Assembly (NCBI RefSeq): GCF_006345805.1
Contig: NC_043006.1
Location: forward strand, 14,446,001 to 14,510,000
From: Octopus sinensis
Lineage: Eukaryota
Direction of reading: 5' to 3'
DNA: 64,000 bases
Shown: piece after piece, positions 11,595 to 24,059 of the stretch
Layout: the number at the start of each line of letters is the position of its first letter
Numbering within the stretch: position 1 is the first letter of the stretch
Position numbers and translations under genes: made by a program
Notes under the pieces: generated by a model
Database searches by the model: none
The model's input: only the letters and a program-made list of their open reading frames with translations
Told to the model about the DNA's origin: nothing

Positions 11595-11599
<5 letters not shown>
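10729..11599. repeat. Large inverted duplication (arms about 10729-11020 and 11219-11599)
   Basis: About 210 bp of sequence, a microsatellite and a SINE-B head are mirrored at roughly 90% identity. Confidence 0.85.
10962..11193 (+). mobile_element. Full-length SINE family B
   Basis: AAGG(C/T)GG(C/T)GAGCTGGCAG head, GCCTTTCATCCTTTCGGGGTC central motif (Meta/Sauria-domain-like; assignment tentative), AAAGAAATA end. Confidence 0.9.
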
Positions 11600-11643
<44 letters not shown>

Positions 11644-11918
11644 TCATGTATGTTTACGACCATCTTTCAATGCAGCATATAAAAGTAGAGAGTGAATAAA
11701 CATCACGTTCTTACATTTTTTTCTTAAATGAATAAATAAATGTTGGGAAAAAAAAAAAAAAAACATAAAATAGCTCCAAGCAATCACAGCTGCTCTGATG
11801 TGTTCCATATTTAGTAATACTATAAAACTAGTAGCAACACCACCAATAACAACAATATAATAGACAACAAAAAGTTGCAGAAGAAATCAATACAGCCAAA
11901 AGTGTTTTTATAACTAAT

Positions 11919-12278
11919 ATGGTTGTGTGGTAAAAAACTTGCTTCCCAATCACATGGTTCCAGGTTCAGTCCCACCGTGTGGCACCTTGGGCAAGTACCT
12001 TCTGCTATAGCCTCAGGCTAACCAAAGCCTTGTGAGTGTATTTGGTAAACAGAAACTGAAAGAAGCCTGTCATATATATATCATCATCATCGTTTAGCGT
12101 CCGCTTATATATATAGGTGTAGGAGTGGCTGTTTGGTAAGTAGCTTGCTTACCAACCACATGGTTCTGGGTTCAGTCCCACTGCTTGGTACCTAGGGCAA
12201 GTATCTTCTACTATAGCTTCGGGATGACCAAAGCCTTGTGAGTGGATTTGGTAGACAGAAACTGAAAGAAGCCCATCG

Positions 12279-12311
<33 letters not shown>

Positions 12312-12772
12312 ATGTAAGTGTGTATATGTTTGTCCCCCCAACATTGCTTGACAACCGATGCTGGTGTGTTTACGTCCCTGTAACTTAGCAGTTAGGCAAT
12401 AGAGACCGATAGAATAAGTACTAGGCTTACAAAGAATAGGTCCTGGGGTCGATCTGCTCAACTAAAGGCGGTGCTCCAGCATGGCCACAGTCAAATGACT
12501 GAAACAAGCAAAAGAGTAAAAGAATATATATATATATATATGTTTGTGTGTGTGTGTGTGTGTGTGTGTTTCCCCCCCCCCCACTACCACCACCACCATC
12601 GTTCGGCAACTGATGTTGGTGTGTTTACGTACCTATAACTTAGCAATTCGGCAAAAGAGACCAATAGAATAAGTTTACAAAGAATCCTGGGGTTGATTTG
12701 TTCGACCAAAGGCTGTGCTCCAGCAAGGCCACAGTCAAATGATTGAAACAAGTAAAAGAATAAGAAAAAAAG
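11919..12772 (+). mobile_element. Cluster of SINE family A: 5' half (11919-12072), full copy (12116-12523), 3' half (12541-12772)
   Basis: Family-A motifs in tandem. Confidence 0.85.
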
Positions 12773-13013
12773 AATAATATGTAAAACAGTTCACAATGAA
12801 TAGGAAAGTTGTTTGGATATTAAATTAGTTTGTTATTAAAATTTTGATTAATTTTGATATTAAAAATCAGTGAATGAAAGGTGAACTAGGTGGGTGCACT
12901 GCGAATGCACAGCAGAATTTTTAAAAGTATAATTTAAGGTTTTAGAAAATTCATATAAATGGTTTTAGCACCTTAGAAAAACCTTATTCATAATTTATTG
13001 TAAAACACAAGTT

Positions 13014-13230
13014 AAGGCGGCAAGCTGGCAGAATCGTTAGCACGTCAGGCGAAATGCTTAGCAATATTTCGCCTGTCATCACATTCTGAGTTCATATTCC
13101 GCCGAGGTCGACTTTGCCTTTCATTCTTTCGGGGTCAATAAATTAAGTACCAGTTACACACTGGGGTCGATGTAATCAACTGGTCCCCTCCCCAAAAATG
13201 CCAGGCCTTGAGCCTATAGTAAAAAGGATT
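13014..13230 (+). mobile_element. SINE family B, alternative tail
   Basis: Family-B head and centre with GGTCCCCTCCCC..GGCCTTG tail. Confidence 0.85.
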
Positions 13231-13510
13231 ATAAGGCACAAGTATGATTAATAAAACAAAGAAAAGGAATAGTTTCCTTTTTTTTTCTCCCAACTCTTCC
13301 TGCTAAGTATATGAGTAATTTTTTTGTAATATCTGATTTTTAGTACACCATAAAGTCAAAAAGATTGAGAATTACTTATCAAGATATCTAGATTTGGAGC
13401 AGCTTGAGTATTTTTTAAGATGTGTATCAGTTTAAACAGAAACAAGTACTTAACCCTTTTGATACCATCTCACATGAAACCGTCCTTGTTATGTAACACA
13501 AATTTCCTGT

Positions 13511-13636
13511 TTAACCATTTAGCATTTAAACAGGCCATATCCAGCCCAAGTTATTTTACTAAATTCTTTGTTATATTTAAAATAATTAAAAGAAAGACAG
13601 AGCATCTCAAAATAAATACGGTAACGAAAGGGTTAA
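13511..13636. mobile_element. piggyBac-like MITE
   Basis: TTAA|CCATTT ... GAAAGGG|TTAA; related to 45297-45531. Confidence 0.6.
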
Positions 13637-14057
13637 GGCAGCAAGCTGGCAGAAATGTTAGCATGCCAGGCAAAATGCTTAGCAGTATTTCATTTGTCTT
13701 TATGTTCTGAGTTCAAATTCCGCTGAGGTCGACTTTGCATTTCAGAGTCGATAAATTAAGTACCAGTTGATTAAATGGGGTTGATTAAATGAGTACCAGT
13801 TACGCACTGGGGTCGATAATCGACTTAATCCATCTGTGTGTCCTTGTTTATCCCCTCTGTGTTTAGCCCCTTGTGGGTAGTAAAGAAATAGGTATTTCAT
13901 CTGTCTTTACGTTCTGAGTTGAAATTCTGCCAAGGTCAACTTTGCCTTTCATCTTTTCAGGGTCGATAAATTAAGTACCAGTTACGTACTGGGGTCGATC
14001 TAATCGACTGACCGCCTCCCAAAGAATTTTGTGCCTTGTGCCAGGAGTAGAAAAGAA
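13637..14057 (+). mobile_element. Two nested or tandem SINE family B bodies
   Basis: One head followed by two central domains joined at GTATTTCAT. Confidence 0.8.
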
Positions 14058-14949
14058 TAAATTCTTTGTTATTTTCAAAAATTTATTGAAACAAAGACAA
14101 TGTATTTCAACAGAAATACAGGTAACTAAACAATTAAAGAAAACAGGCATTGCTCTCTAAAAAAAAATCCAAACAACACACACTTGGTCTATGTTGAGTA
14201 ATACATAAAACAGCAGAATTAAATTAAAGATATCAAGCTTGTTAGTTAGCTCTTTCTGAACCATTTCAATATTATCTTCAAATATTTTCTGATAGAAAGA
14301 TAACATTTCCTATCATTATTCAAATAACATTTTCTAGTTAGGTACAACACCAACAATCTTCCAGAGGAGCAGGTAAGTCACTTAAATCAAACAACTTGAA
14401 TGGTACTTTATTTTTTTATCACCACCACCACTACTACTACTACTGCTACTGCTGCTGCTGCTGTTTAGAATGAGGGTGGTTGTGAAAGTGCTGAAAATTA
14501 TCTCCTTTCATATAATTAGCCTCAGGATGCTGAAATTCAAAGAAACCAAAACTTAAGAAAAGGAAAGAAAGCCAGTACTGATGAGGCATACAAAGTTACA
14601 TACAAAGCCAGTACTGATGAGGCATACAAAGTTACATAGTGCAACCTCTATAGAACAAGAAAGGCAAAGTTGATTCAAGAATTAAAATATAAAGAGCCAA
14701 GACAAACCACTGATGTTCAAATGATTCTGTTAATCCACTGCTCTTATCAACATGCTTGCTTTTCTGCTTCAAGCTTTTGCTTGATGGGGTTGGGGTCATA
14801 CCAGGTTACTGGTTCCACAAATGTCATCATGTGTAGAGCTGACTAACTCCACCAGTGCTCTCAATTGCTGGAGGTTCTGTGCTAGCAGTCTGCATCCTCT
14901 AAGTACGCAAAGTGACATTGAGCCTCTGGAGATCTTCCAGTGGAAATTT

Positions 14950-15064
14950 TACCAGTGAGTGTGTTACATAATAAGGCAATAAAAGAGAATGACTCTCCCC
15001 AGACACAACAGAATATGCTTCAACACATGAACTCATATAAAGAATCTTGCAAACCAAATCCCAA

Positions 15065-15070
<6 letters not shown>
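14950..15070 (-). mobile_element. Fragment related to the Penelope-like element at 30558
   Basis: Minus TTTGCAAGATTCTT..TGTGTTGAAGCATATT matches 30573-30615. Confidence 0.5.
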
Positions 15071-15130
<60 letters not shown>

Positions 15131-15131
<1 letters not shown>

Positions 15132-15525
15132 GAGTGGCTGTGTGGTAAGTAGTTTGTTTACCAACCACATGGTTCCGGGTTCAGTCCCACTGCATAGCAC
15201 CTTGGGCAAGTGTTTTCTGCTATAGCCTCGGGCCGACCAAAGCCTTGTGAGTGGATTTGGTAGACGGAAACTGAAAAGAAGCCCGTTGTATATATGCATA
15301 TATATATGCATGTGTGTGTCTGTGTGTCTGTGTTTGTCCCCCTAGCATTGCTTGACAACCGATGCTGGTGTGTTTATGTCCCCGTTACTTAGCGGTTCGG
15401 CAAAAGAGACCGATAGAAGTACTGGGCTTACAAAAGAATAAGTCCCGGGGTCGAGTTGCTCGATTAAAGGCGGTGCTCCAGCATGGCCGCAGTCAAATGA
15501 CTGAAACAAGTAAAAAAGTAAAGAG
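15131..15525 (+). mobile_element. Full-length SINE family A
   Basis: As for 4145. Confidence 0.9.
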
Positions 15526-15786
15526 TATACATCCAACCACACATAGCCAGTAGTTCATATATTCCCAAAAAGAATCACACCCTAAAGCATTAGAGAAGTA
15601 ATATATTTTTTAGGACATCCAAAAAAGCAAAAACATCCTAAATATAATATATATATATTGAAATAAGTTTTCAATTCGCAATTACTTTGAAATGTATTTC
15701 TATTTCCTTCTCAGAAATGTTTTTGTGTTTTAGGATGCTAGCGTAATAACTTCCAGCAATTAAAAAGAGAAATCTGTAATAATGAC

Positions 15787-16178
15787 ATCTTTATATATAA
15801 AAGTAAGGTTGTGTGCTGTCTGTCTCCTACGATTTAGATTCCTTACTCCCACATTTTGCGGTGCAGTTTAAGCAAAACCGGGTATCTTATAGTCGTGATT
15901 CATATCGAGCCCTTCTGGGTATTAGCGCACATCTACGATGAGTCTATGATTTAAAAAAAAATTTACCATCAATTTTTCCCATTTTTAATGCATTTTTGGT
16001 ATATATAAGGGAACTCTCTAAAAATTTATTATTAAATCTCAGAACGTAAAAAGCTACATTAACCCCCCCCCCTTTGTGGTTAGCCATATTGAGATGGCTA
16101 TTATACTTTACATCTCTAAAAATGCTTATATAGTTATTTCCCTTACAAACCTGAGCAACGCCAGGCGATACTGCTAGT
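15787..16178 (-). mobile_element. DINE-1/Helentron-like element
   Basis: Reverse complement of the 47501-47900 type. Confidence 0.8.
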
Positions 16179-16247
16179 TAGTTAGTTAGTTAATTTGGCT
16201 CAAAAGCAAATAGCAAGGCCATGTAGGGGGACATGGAGTTATATAGT

Positions 16248-16641
16248 TATATATAAAAGAGAAGTTGTGTGTCTGTCTCCTACGATTTAGATTCCTAACT
16301 ACTCCCACATTTTGCAGTGCAGTGTAACCAAAAGCGGGTATCTTATAGTCGTGATTCATATCGAGCCCTTCTGGGTATTAGCGTGCGTCTACGATGAGTC
16401 TACGATTTTAAAAAAATTTACCATCATTTTTTTCCATTTTAATGCATTTTTTCGCTATTATATAAGGGAAGTAACTCTCTAAAAATGTCTACGATGAGTC
16501 AACGATTTAAAAAAAAATTTACCATCATTTTTTTCCCATTTTTAATGCATTTTTTTGCTATTTTTTGGCAATAACTCTCTAAAAATGCTTATATAGTTAT
16601 TTCCCTTACAAACCTGAGCAATGCCGGGCGATACTGCTAGT
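16248..16641 (-). mobile_element. DINE-1/Helentron-like element
   Basis: Reverse complement of the 36973-37374 type, with an internal ~90-bp duplication. Confidence 0.8.
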
Positions 16642-17269
16642 TTTATAATAAAGTAACTTTTAAGCATTCAACATATTCATTTTGCTCAAGTTTCTTTTTG
16701 TATTTTCCCGGGCTTGTTTTTGTTTCATAGTCAAACCTGGAGACATATTACCTAAACACGAGTGGCTTTCAAACTTTAAAACTTCAGGCATCTGTTAGAA
16801 CTGAGTCAATCCAAGCGGAACACCATAAAACTGTCTGTGGCGGCCAGTTCATTGTCCCTTTAATCTTCAGTACTGACCATGTGCATTCAATGCCGTAATA
16901 TTAGCATAACAAGAGCATCACAGACTGGATGGATGTGCAGATGTTGATTGAATACATAAAGAAGAACATTATATACACATAACAAAAAAACTTGTGCTAG
17001 AGATTTTAGGACGGAGGAAAGTAGACTTAGTTGGAACACATCTCACAAAAAAGGCTTACTTTTCAACATATGGTTGTATTGATAAGTCCACATCATCATC
17101 ATCATTGGTATAGTTATATACATATGTACAACAATCTCAGCAAACATGTTCAACAATGACATAGAGAGATTCTTGAAGAAATTTAATTTTTGTGATTCAT
17201 GTCTGAATGCTCCATGGTGGGGCAAGTTGGCTTATGCTAGGGGAGGGGGGACATACCAGTATGTTCCAA

Positions 17270-17730
17270 CAGGCATGGATACATTGAAACTCCGACGTCT
17301 GGCAGCTGACTTGGCAGACACCAATAAAATTATTAACCATCTTACAAACAATAACTCTGAGCACCTTTTCAAACTTCACCTGTCTAACACCCGTGGACAT
17401 ATTTACAAAATCAGAAAACAGCACAGCTCCCATGACTTCAGGAAACATTTTTTCACACTAAGAGTTGCTGAAGCATGGAACAAACTGCCGGCATCAGTTG
17501 TTAGTTGTCGGAGCACTGCATCCTTCAAAACTTCCATGCTTCCTGAAATTCGCCAACACTACACTTGATTTTCTCCCCTCCATACACACACAAGCATGTA
17601 TCTGACTCATACATTGTTCACATCCCAGACATTTGTACATTACTGCATATACTTTATACACACTCTTTACAAGTTGTGGTGCACCTAAGCACTGTATACT
17701 ATAATTTCATTATTATTATTATTATTATTA
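17270..17730 (+). mobile_element. CR1-like LINE 3' end with (ATT)n tail
   Basis: MDTLKLRRL..TRGHIYKIRK..HFFTLRVAEAWNKLP, a typical CR1 ORF2 C-terminus; second copy at 38037. Confidence 0.85.
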
Positions 17731-17769
17731 TACCCACACAAGTGTGCCATCTCCATCTCTAACCACCAA

Positions 17770-18074
17770 CTTTGTTTCCTCATAACTTTCAGAAAAATAG
17801 ATGTGGCCAGTGCTGGTGACATGTGAAAGGCACTTGTGCTGGTGGCACATAAAAGGCACCCATGACAGTGACATATAAAAGGCACCTGTGACGGTGATAC
17901 ATAAAATGCACCCAGTACGCTCTGTAGAATGGTCAGTATTAGTAAAGGGATACAGGCATAGAAACCAAGTCAAGACAGACTGAAACCTGATGCAGCTCCC
18001 CGGCTTACCAGCTCCAGTCAAACCATCTAACCCATGCCAACATAGAAAATAGATGTCAAATGATGATGATGATG
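17770..18074 (+). mobile_element. Degraded RTE 3' UTR
   Basis: GGCACATAAAAG repeats, CCATGCCAACAT..(GAT)n end. Confidence 0.65.
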
Positions 18075-18469
18075 AAATTTTCTACAAATATGCTTCAGAT
18101 GGTGTACATTCTAATTACATTGGAGTTTGTTGTGAAAAATTTTCAGGTAGATGGGGATAGGAGTTTTGGAAAATTCACACGGGTTAGCTTTGTTTCCTCA
18201 TAGCTTTCAGAAAGACAGGCTTTTTCTATGAAATTTGCTATAAATACCCTTCAGAATGAGTACATTGCTTTTATATCAGAATTTAATATGAAAAAAATAT
18301 AATTGGTGGGTAATGCACACATACATAGTGACACATGTCACACAGGAAACAAAGACAACTTATGAATTTTCTGAAACTCTTCTTCCCACTCCCAGAAAAA
18401 GGTTTTCACAATGAATTCTAATATAATCAAAATCTACACCATCTGAAGCATATTTGTAGAAAATTTCAT
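18072..18469. mobile_element. MITE-like element with ~38-bp terminal inverted repeats
   Basis: ATGAAATTTTCTACAAATATGCTTCAGATGGTGT at 18072 and its reverse complement ending at 18469; no clear TSD. Confidence 0.55.
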
Positions 18470-18597
18470 TAAAAAAAATATCCATTTTTCTGGAAGTTGT
18501 GAAGAAATATAATTGGCAGGGAGTGGTTCACACTTGTGTAAGTACGTTGAACTATTAGTATGTGGTTCACACTTATGTAAGTATGTGGAACTATATA

Positions 18598-18983
18598 GGC
18601 ATAGGAGTGGCTGTGTGATAAATAGCTTGCTTATGAACCACATGGTTCCGGGTTCAGTCCCACTGCGTGGTACCTTGAGCAAGTCTTCTACTATAGCCTC
18701 GGGCCGACCAAAGCCTTGTGAGTGGCTTTGGTAGATGGAAACTGAAAGAAGCTTGTCGTGTCTGTGTATGTATATGTGTGTGTGTGTGTATCTGTGTTTG
18801 TCCCCCAACATCGCTTGACAACTGATGCTGGTGTGTTTACATCCCCGTAACTTAGCAGTTCGGCAAAAGAGACTGATAGAATAAGTACTAGGCTTACAAA
18901 GAATAAGACCTGGGGTCGATTTGCTCGACTAAAGGCGGTGCTCCAGCATGGCCACTGTCGAATGACTAAAACAAGTAAAGAGT
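18598..18983 (+). mobile_element. Full-length SINE family A
   Basis: As for 4145. Confidence 0.9.
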
Positions 18984-19204
18984 ATTACCAACATCATTTA
19001 ACATTCATTTTTCCATGATTTCATGGATCAGACAGAACTCATGGAAGTATATGTTCCTAAAGTCAGATGCCCTTCCTGTTGCCAACCTTCATGTTTCCAC
19101 TATTTCCCTACAGCCAAAATTGTTTTCTACAGACGAATAGGAAAGAACAATGTCGCTTGCACAACAGTGATGCTTGTTTACAACAACCATCATGTGATGC
19201 CAAG

Positions 19205-19392
19205 AACAGGAGACACACACATACACACTTATATACATACATGAGGGGCATCTTTCAGTTTTTACCTACCAAAACCATTCACAAGGCTTTTGTTGGCTTG
19301 AGGCAACAATAGAAAACATTTGCCCAAGGTGCCGCGCAGTGGGACTGAACCTGAAACCACAAGGTTGGGAAGCAAGCTTCTTAAGCACACAC
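19205..19392 (-). mobile_element. SINE family A 5' half
   Basis: Reverse complement of head and core. Confidence 0.75.
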
Positions 19393-19571
19393 CAACGTTT
19401 GTGCCTTTATTTACATTGAAATAATTTCAGTTTTCAATTCCGTTTTGCTCTTTAGACAAAATGTTTTCCCTATAGCTTTTGATGTGGTTAGGGTTGGGCT
19501 GTTTTACTGCTTTTTCTAACCATAAAAAATTACATTTCACCTTCAAAAATTTATCAAAAGATTTGTAAAAG

Positions 19572-20275
19572 TTGTGTGGTTAAGAAGCTTGCATGTGGTT
19601 TTGGGTTCAGTCCCACTACAGGACATCTTCGACAAGCGTCTTCTACTATAGCCTCATGTGAGTGGATTTGGTTGGAAATTGATAGATGTCCACCATGCAG
19701 CAAAAGAGACTAAAAGAATCAGTACCAAGCTTTAAATTAAGGGATCTTTTCGGTTTGAACGGCAGTTTTTTCTAGCGGTGTCATATGAAATTGTCACCCA
19801 TAATTATGACCCTAGTATCGATCTATTGCATTTCAAACTGTTTTAGGGTTAAGGGTTAGAGTTAGGGTTAGGGGTGGGGGGAAGGGTATCTTTTTTTCTT
19901 CAGAAATGTAAATAAACCCAATCTGTTTCTTAAACGAGGGACATATTCATACGGCACAGAATGTTTTCATCTCAATAGACGTCATTGATTGGTTGAAATT
20001 GCACGAAAAAAAAACCCAACAAATATCTTACAAACTATAGAATTTTCTCAATAAAGCCAAGAGAAAAAGATGTTTTATAAACACATTCTACCAGTATACG
20101 AAGATTAAAAGTGTTTAGTTACATGGAAATAATTTTTAAAAACTGCCGGTCAAACCGAAAAGATCCAAATTAAGTATTAAGAGTTGACTTGTTTGACTAA
20201 ACCCTTCAAAATGGTGCCCCAGCATGACCACAGTCCTACATCTGAAACAAGTAAATGGTAAAAGATAAAAAGCAA
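19572..20275 (+). mobile_element. Old SINE family A split by a MITE
   Basis: Head before 19741 and tail after 20167. Confidence 0.65.
19742..20166. mobile_element. MITE with GG-terminated ~28-bp TIRs and 8-bp TSD (Merlin-like)
   Basis: TIR GGATCTTTTCGGTTTGAACGGCAGTTTT; TSD AAATTAAG at 19734-19741 and 20167-20174. Confidence 0.85.
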
Positions 20276-20726
20276 AAATAAAAGTTTGGGATAATACTTC
20301 TTGTTCTTTTGAAAGCCATTAACCGTTCAGTTGCTGGAATTTAAGTAGTAAATATATGCGATAACAACAGTGTTGTGTTCACTACATATAAAATCAAAGA
20401 GACAAACAATAGTAATTATAGTAACGACTATAATTAAGACAAGTGAGGAATGAACAACTGCAGTCTTAATTTCCTGCTAACAATGTTAAACACACAGAGA
20501 GTTGGCTTTAAGTGGGCAAAGTTTGTAGCATAATTCAGAGAGTTGGCTTTAAGTGGGTAAAGTTTGTAACATATTTCCACGCATGGATCAGAAGGCGGAA
20601 GAAATATTATTAAAGTTGAAACTAAGATGTTTAATGGATGGTTAGTTGATTGCTCCAGTCACACTAGACAGCACATAAAGAGAGAGGGATTAAACATAAA
20701 AGGTGCAGAATGGATGTACATACGAG

Positions 20727-20989
20727 CAGTGGCGGACTGAGTCTAAAAATATTAGTTGCCAGGATACTAAGGGAACCCACTAGCAACTACAATGCTATTA
20801 TTTTTTATTTTCATTTATTAATTTATTTTGTTAAAAGTATTCTTTTCAACTGTCTACAAACACAGCCAGGCTGAAAATTCTCTAACTTGAGGGGCGAGGC
20901 TCCTTAGATACTAACATGGGCCCCCATATATGGATTCTAGTGACGCAAGGACCGACTTGCCATCGGGCAACCTGGCCAGTCCACCACTG
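20727..20989. mobile_element. hAT-like MITE
   Basis: TIR CAGTGGCGGACTG / CAGTCCACCACTG; imperfect 8-bp TSD CATACGAG / TATACGAA. Confidence 0.65.
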
Positions 20990-21160
20990 TATACGAAGCT
21001 TGGTGGCAGACAATAAGTAAAGGAAGAAGTCTACACACGTTCACGGCGAGGGAGAAAGAATGTAAGAATCTTACAGAAGAGAGACAGATAGACAGAGAGG
21101 GAAAGAGTAAATGAAAGTATGTGGGAGAAGTTACATAAACGAGAAATTTGTTTCAATTTT

Positions 21161-21457
21161 GGAGATGTACTTGCATAGCAAGTGACCTGATCAGAGATCG
21201 TGTGCTGGAACGAAAACAATTGAAGCGTGGAAGGTGTTTATAAGCCATTTAAGAAACACACAAAACCGTTAGATTTACTTCAACATTTAAATTTAATTTG
21301 CCAAAATATTTTCGTCCTTTGAGACCGCGACCTATTCACTGACAAAATTCCGTGCTGCGACGACGAAAATATTTTGGCAAATTAAATTTAAATGTTGAAG
21401 TGAATTAACGGTTTTGTGTGTTTCTTAAATGGCTTATAAACACCTTCCACGCTTCAA
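21161..21457. mobile_element. Penelope-like insertion with 98-bp inverted arms and 12-bp TSD
   Basis: Arms 21219-21316 and 21362-21458; TSD TGTTT(C/T)AATTTT at 21149-21160 and 21458-21469. Confidence 0.65.
21295..21349 (-). ncRNA. Hammerhead-like fold with non-canonical core GUGAAUA
   Basis: AATTTTGTCA-GTGAATA-G-GTC..GAC-GAAA-ATAT-TT-TGGCAAATT. Confidence 0.3.
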
Positions 21458-22479
21458 TGTTTTAATTTTATTTGAAGGCAATAAATATTTTTCTTTCGAA
21501 AAATTGTATTCATTTTATCACTTTTTATAAGCACCAAGAAATTAGATAAAGATTAAATTACAATTCCTTGTATATTTATGCTCTGTTTCCTGATATTACC
21601 CGTAGTAACAAAACTATACTTCCAAAGAAATCTGTCATGCGAACAGATAACAGACTAATACATAAAAATTTAATTAATAACGCGATAATATTGAGCTGTT
21701 CCCATTGGTATATTTCGTGTTTTCAAATCAATTACAAAAAAAAACTGTTTGCAAATAAAACTTTTTAACGTATTTAAGATTTTTGAAGAAAAAAATCTAT
21801 TCTCTAACCAACATTCTTTGTTTTCAATAATTTTATTTCCAATATAAATCTAAGCAGCTGAAAACTAGACTGATATTAAATGGGTTAAATAAACTGAATT
21901 ATATACTGCAACTGTTTAAAACTATTTAGTCACATTTGTATGATTTTAAAGTTATTTTCCTAAACTCTTCATTTTTCACAAAAGCAATGTATTTCAACAG
22001 GAACAAAGTAACAGGAGGGAGGGGCAAGAAAGTGGTGCTAAAAGTACATCCACCCCCAGGGTGCTAAAAGTACCCTTGCCCACCGGGTCGTTATAACTCT
22101 TACCACGCCACTGGAAAGAATCAACGAATCCCTCATAAGACTCTGAAAGCTTAAATCTACAAACTTTAAGTTGGGGGTAATTTTCTATATAGAACTTCTT
22201 AGTCCTTTCCAATAGTTACAACACAGTTTTTCTATAAACTTCTTTAGGACCCGGGAACCTTCAAGTCTTTTAGAAAGACTGAACGTCCCAACTGCTCAAC
22301 ACTCCCAACATTAAAACATTGATTGTATTCGTATATCGATAGTAGAGTGTGGAGACTGGGTTCTGAGTATGTTTGGATGTTTTTTACGTGTTTCTGTTGT
22401 TGTTTGGTGTCTGTGAACAATTTTAATGAACAAATGGGTCTGTGATGACGAAAAGGCATCGTTTTAGCATTCTTTCGGT

Positions 22480-22755
22480 TTACGAACTAGCTAACGACGA
22501 CGAATATTCCAATTGATAGATCAAAGGAACAGCCTAGAAATTAACGTGCAAATGGTTGAGTACTCCAAAGATACGCCTACCCTTAACGTAATTCTCAGGG
22601 AGAATGTGACACGGTTGGCCCCTTTGAAATACAAGTACTACTTATTTTTTGCCATCTTCTGAAATTAAATGTTTTGCACAACGTGACGCCGGGAATCGAA
22701 ATTACAACCTTACGATTGTAAGCCAAACACATAACCACTAAAACAAGCACCTTTA
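22480..22755 (-). mobile_element. Degraded SINE related to 2473
   Basis: Reverse complement of the GAACAGCCT..AATTAACGTG tail and a tRNA-like head. Confidence 0.6.
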
Positions 22756-23439
22756 TACATGCTGAAAATGGAAACATAGACAGTATTTGACAATGTCCAG
22801 ACGGACGGGTCGGATAGACAGACACCTTATCCTTTTTCTTTTTTTTTTTTTACCTACAAAAAAAATTATAATTTCTTTGGGTTCCTGTTATTTCAACAAA
22901 GGAAACTTTTCAAATTTTTAAGGTTTTCCTATATCCATGCTCCATTAAAAAAAAACATTCAAATAACAATGCCGATTGCTGACAATTTTTCAATTACAGT
23001 TTATGATCTTAAATCGAAAGAATCTCATCGTTATAATCCTCGCGGGAACCAAGAATACCAGTAATATACTGCAGGAAAATTAACTAAATAAAAGTTGATA
23101 ACAGCTTACCCAGTCTTTGCAATATACATACATGCACACACGCAAGTATACACACAGCTACACACATTACAAACGAGATGTCTGTATTGAGTTCATAGAG
23201 ATGTGAATGCAGAGATTATTAATAAATAAAAAATATTTACAGATATTCGTTTTGATCTAGGCACTAGGCCACCAATTTCGAGGGAAGATTATCAATCGAT
23301 ATCATCGATCTTAATAATTTAGAATGATAGAAAATATGGCATTTTGTAGCTTTGGTTTTATTGTTCCATTCGCGTATAAGATGCTTTATAAGAATAAAAA
23401 TCGGTTGGTGGAAGAATACAGCAGATTGAATTTAACCTC

Positions 23440-23625
23440 AGTAAAATAGATTTGAATCGTTAGAAAGACCTGCTAAATCTCCCTATCAAACTATAGTCTT
23501 AAACGGGGAACACTCGGATAATGGAATTTTAGATTTCCTGCAGGTAAATAGAAAAAAGATGGGGATGGTCACAGATGGATTGCTCCAGCAGGACTGACAT
23601 AGGGTTATACAACAACAGGTATGAA
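23440..23625 (+). mobile_element. Family E tail copy
   Basis: CCTGCTAAATCTCCCT..GATGGTCACA..AACAAC. Confidence 0.5.
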
Positions 23626-24056
23626 CTTTTATTTTTAGGGGTGTCTAATAACGAAAGATTTGTTCAGAGATATCAAAGTTTAAGTGAACCCCTATCAAGA
23701 TTCGAACTCAGAAGGGCGAAAGTAAATACACCGATCTTAGTAATTAGGTCTCGCAATCCAGTTCATGCAAACTCAGCGACCTTTAATATATATTGATATA
23801 AGTTAAACTAATTATGTACAAATAATAATTTCTATGGATTTTTTTTTTTTTTTTTCTTTTTTTCGGAGATATTACAAAATCAAAGTTGGGTCGTGCACTC
23901 GATCAACGAAAGAATTATTGTCGCACTACGACATTTCTGAAAGAGGTGAGGGAAAAAATCGATCAAGTATCGAGTTTCTCGCGTTAATTAGTTTTCCAGT
24001 AATGTTACTAACTGCCATACGATGATTAAATACTAAAAACCAAACAAGATACTCAC

Positions 24057-24059
24057 CAT
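24057..24059 (-). CDS. Candidate first exon ending in ATG (start codon only)
   Basis: Minus AACAACG-ATG|GTGAGT with a consensus donor at 24056-24051. Confidence 0.45.

Noticed and set aside
14500-14955. Several possible exons and a 36-bp duplication containing CTGATGAGG
   Set aside because: Open frames on both strands with no recognisable product; no downstream stem II or GAAA, so not a hammerhead.
19843-19875. Interstitial telomere or fusion site
   Set aside because: Short, degenerate and internal to a TSD-flanked MITE.
22845-22870. Minus-strand TTTTTTTTGTAG|GTAAAA resembling a recursive splice site
   Set aside because: Weak donor in A/T homopolymers; expected by chance.
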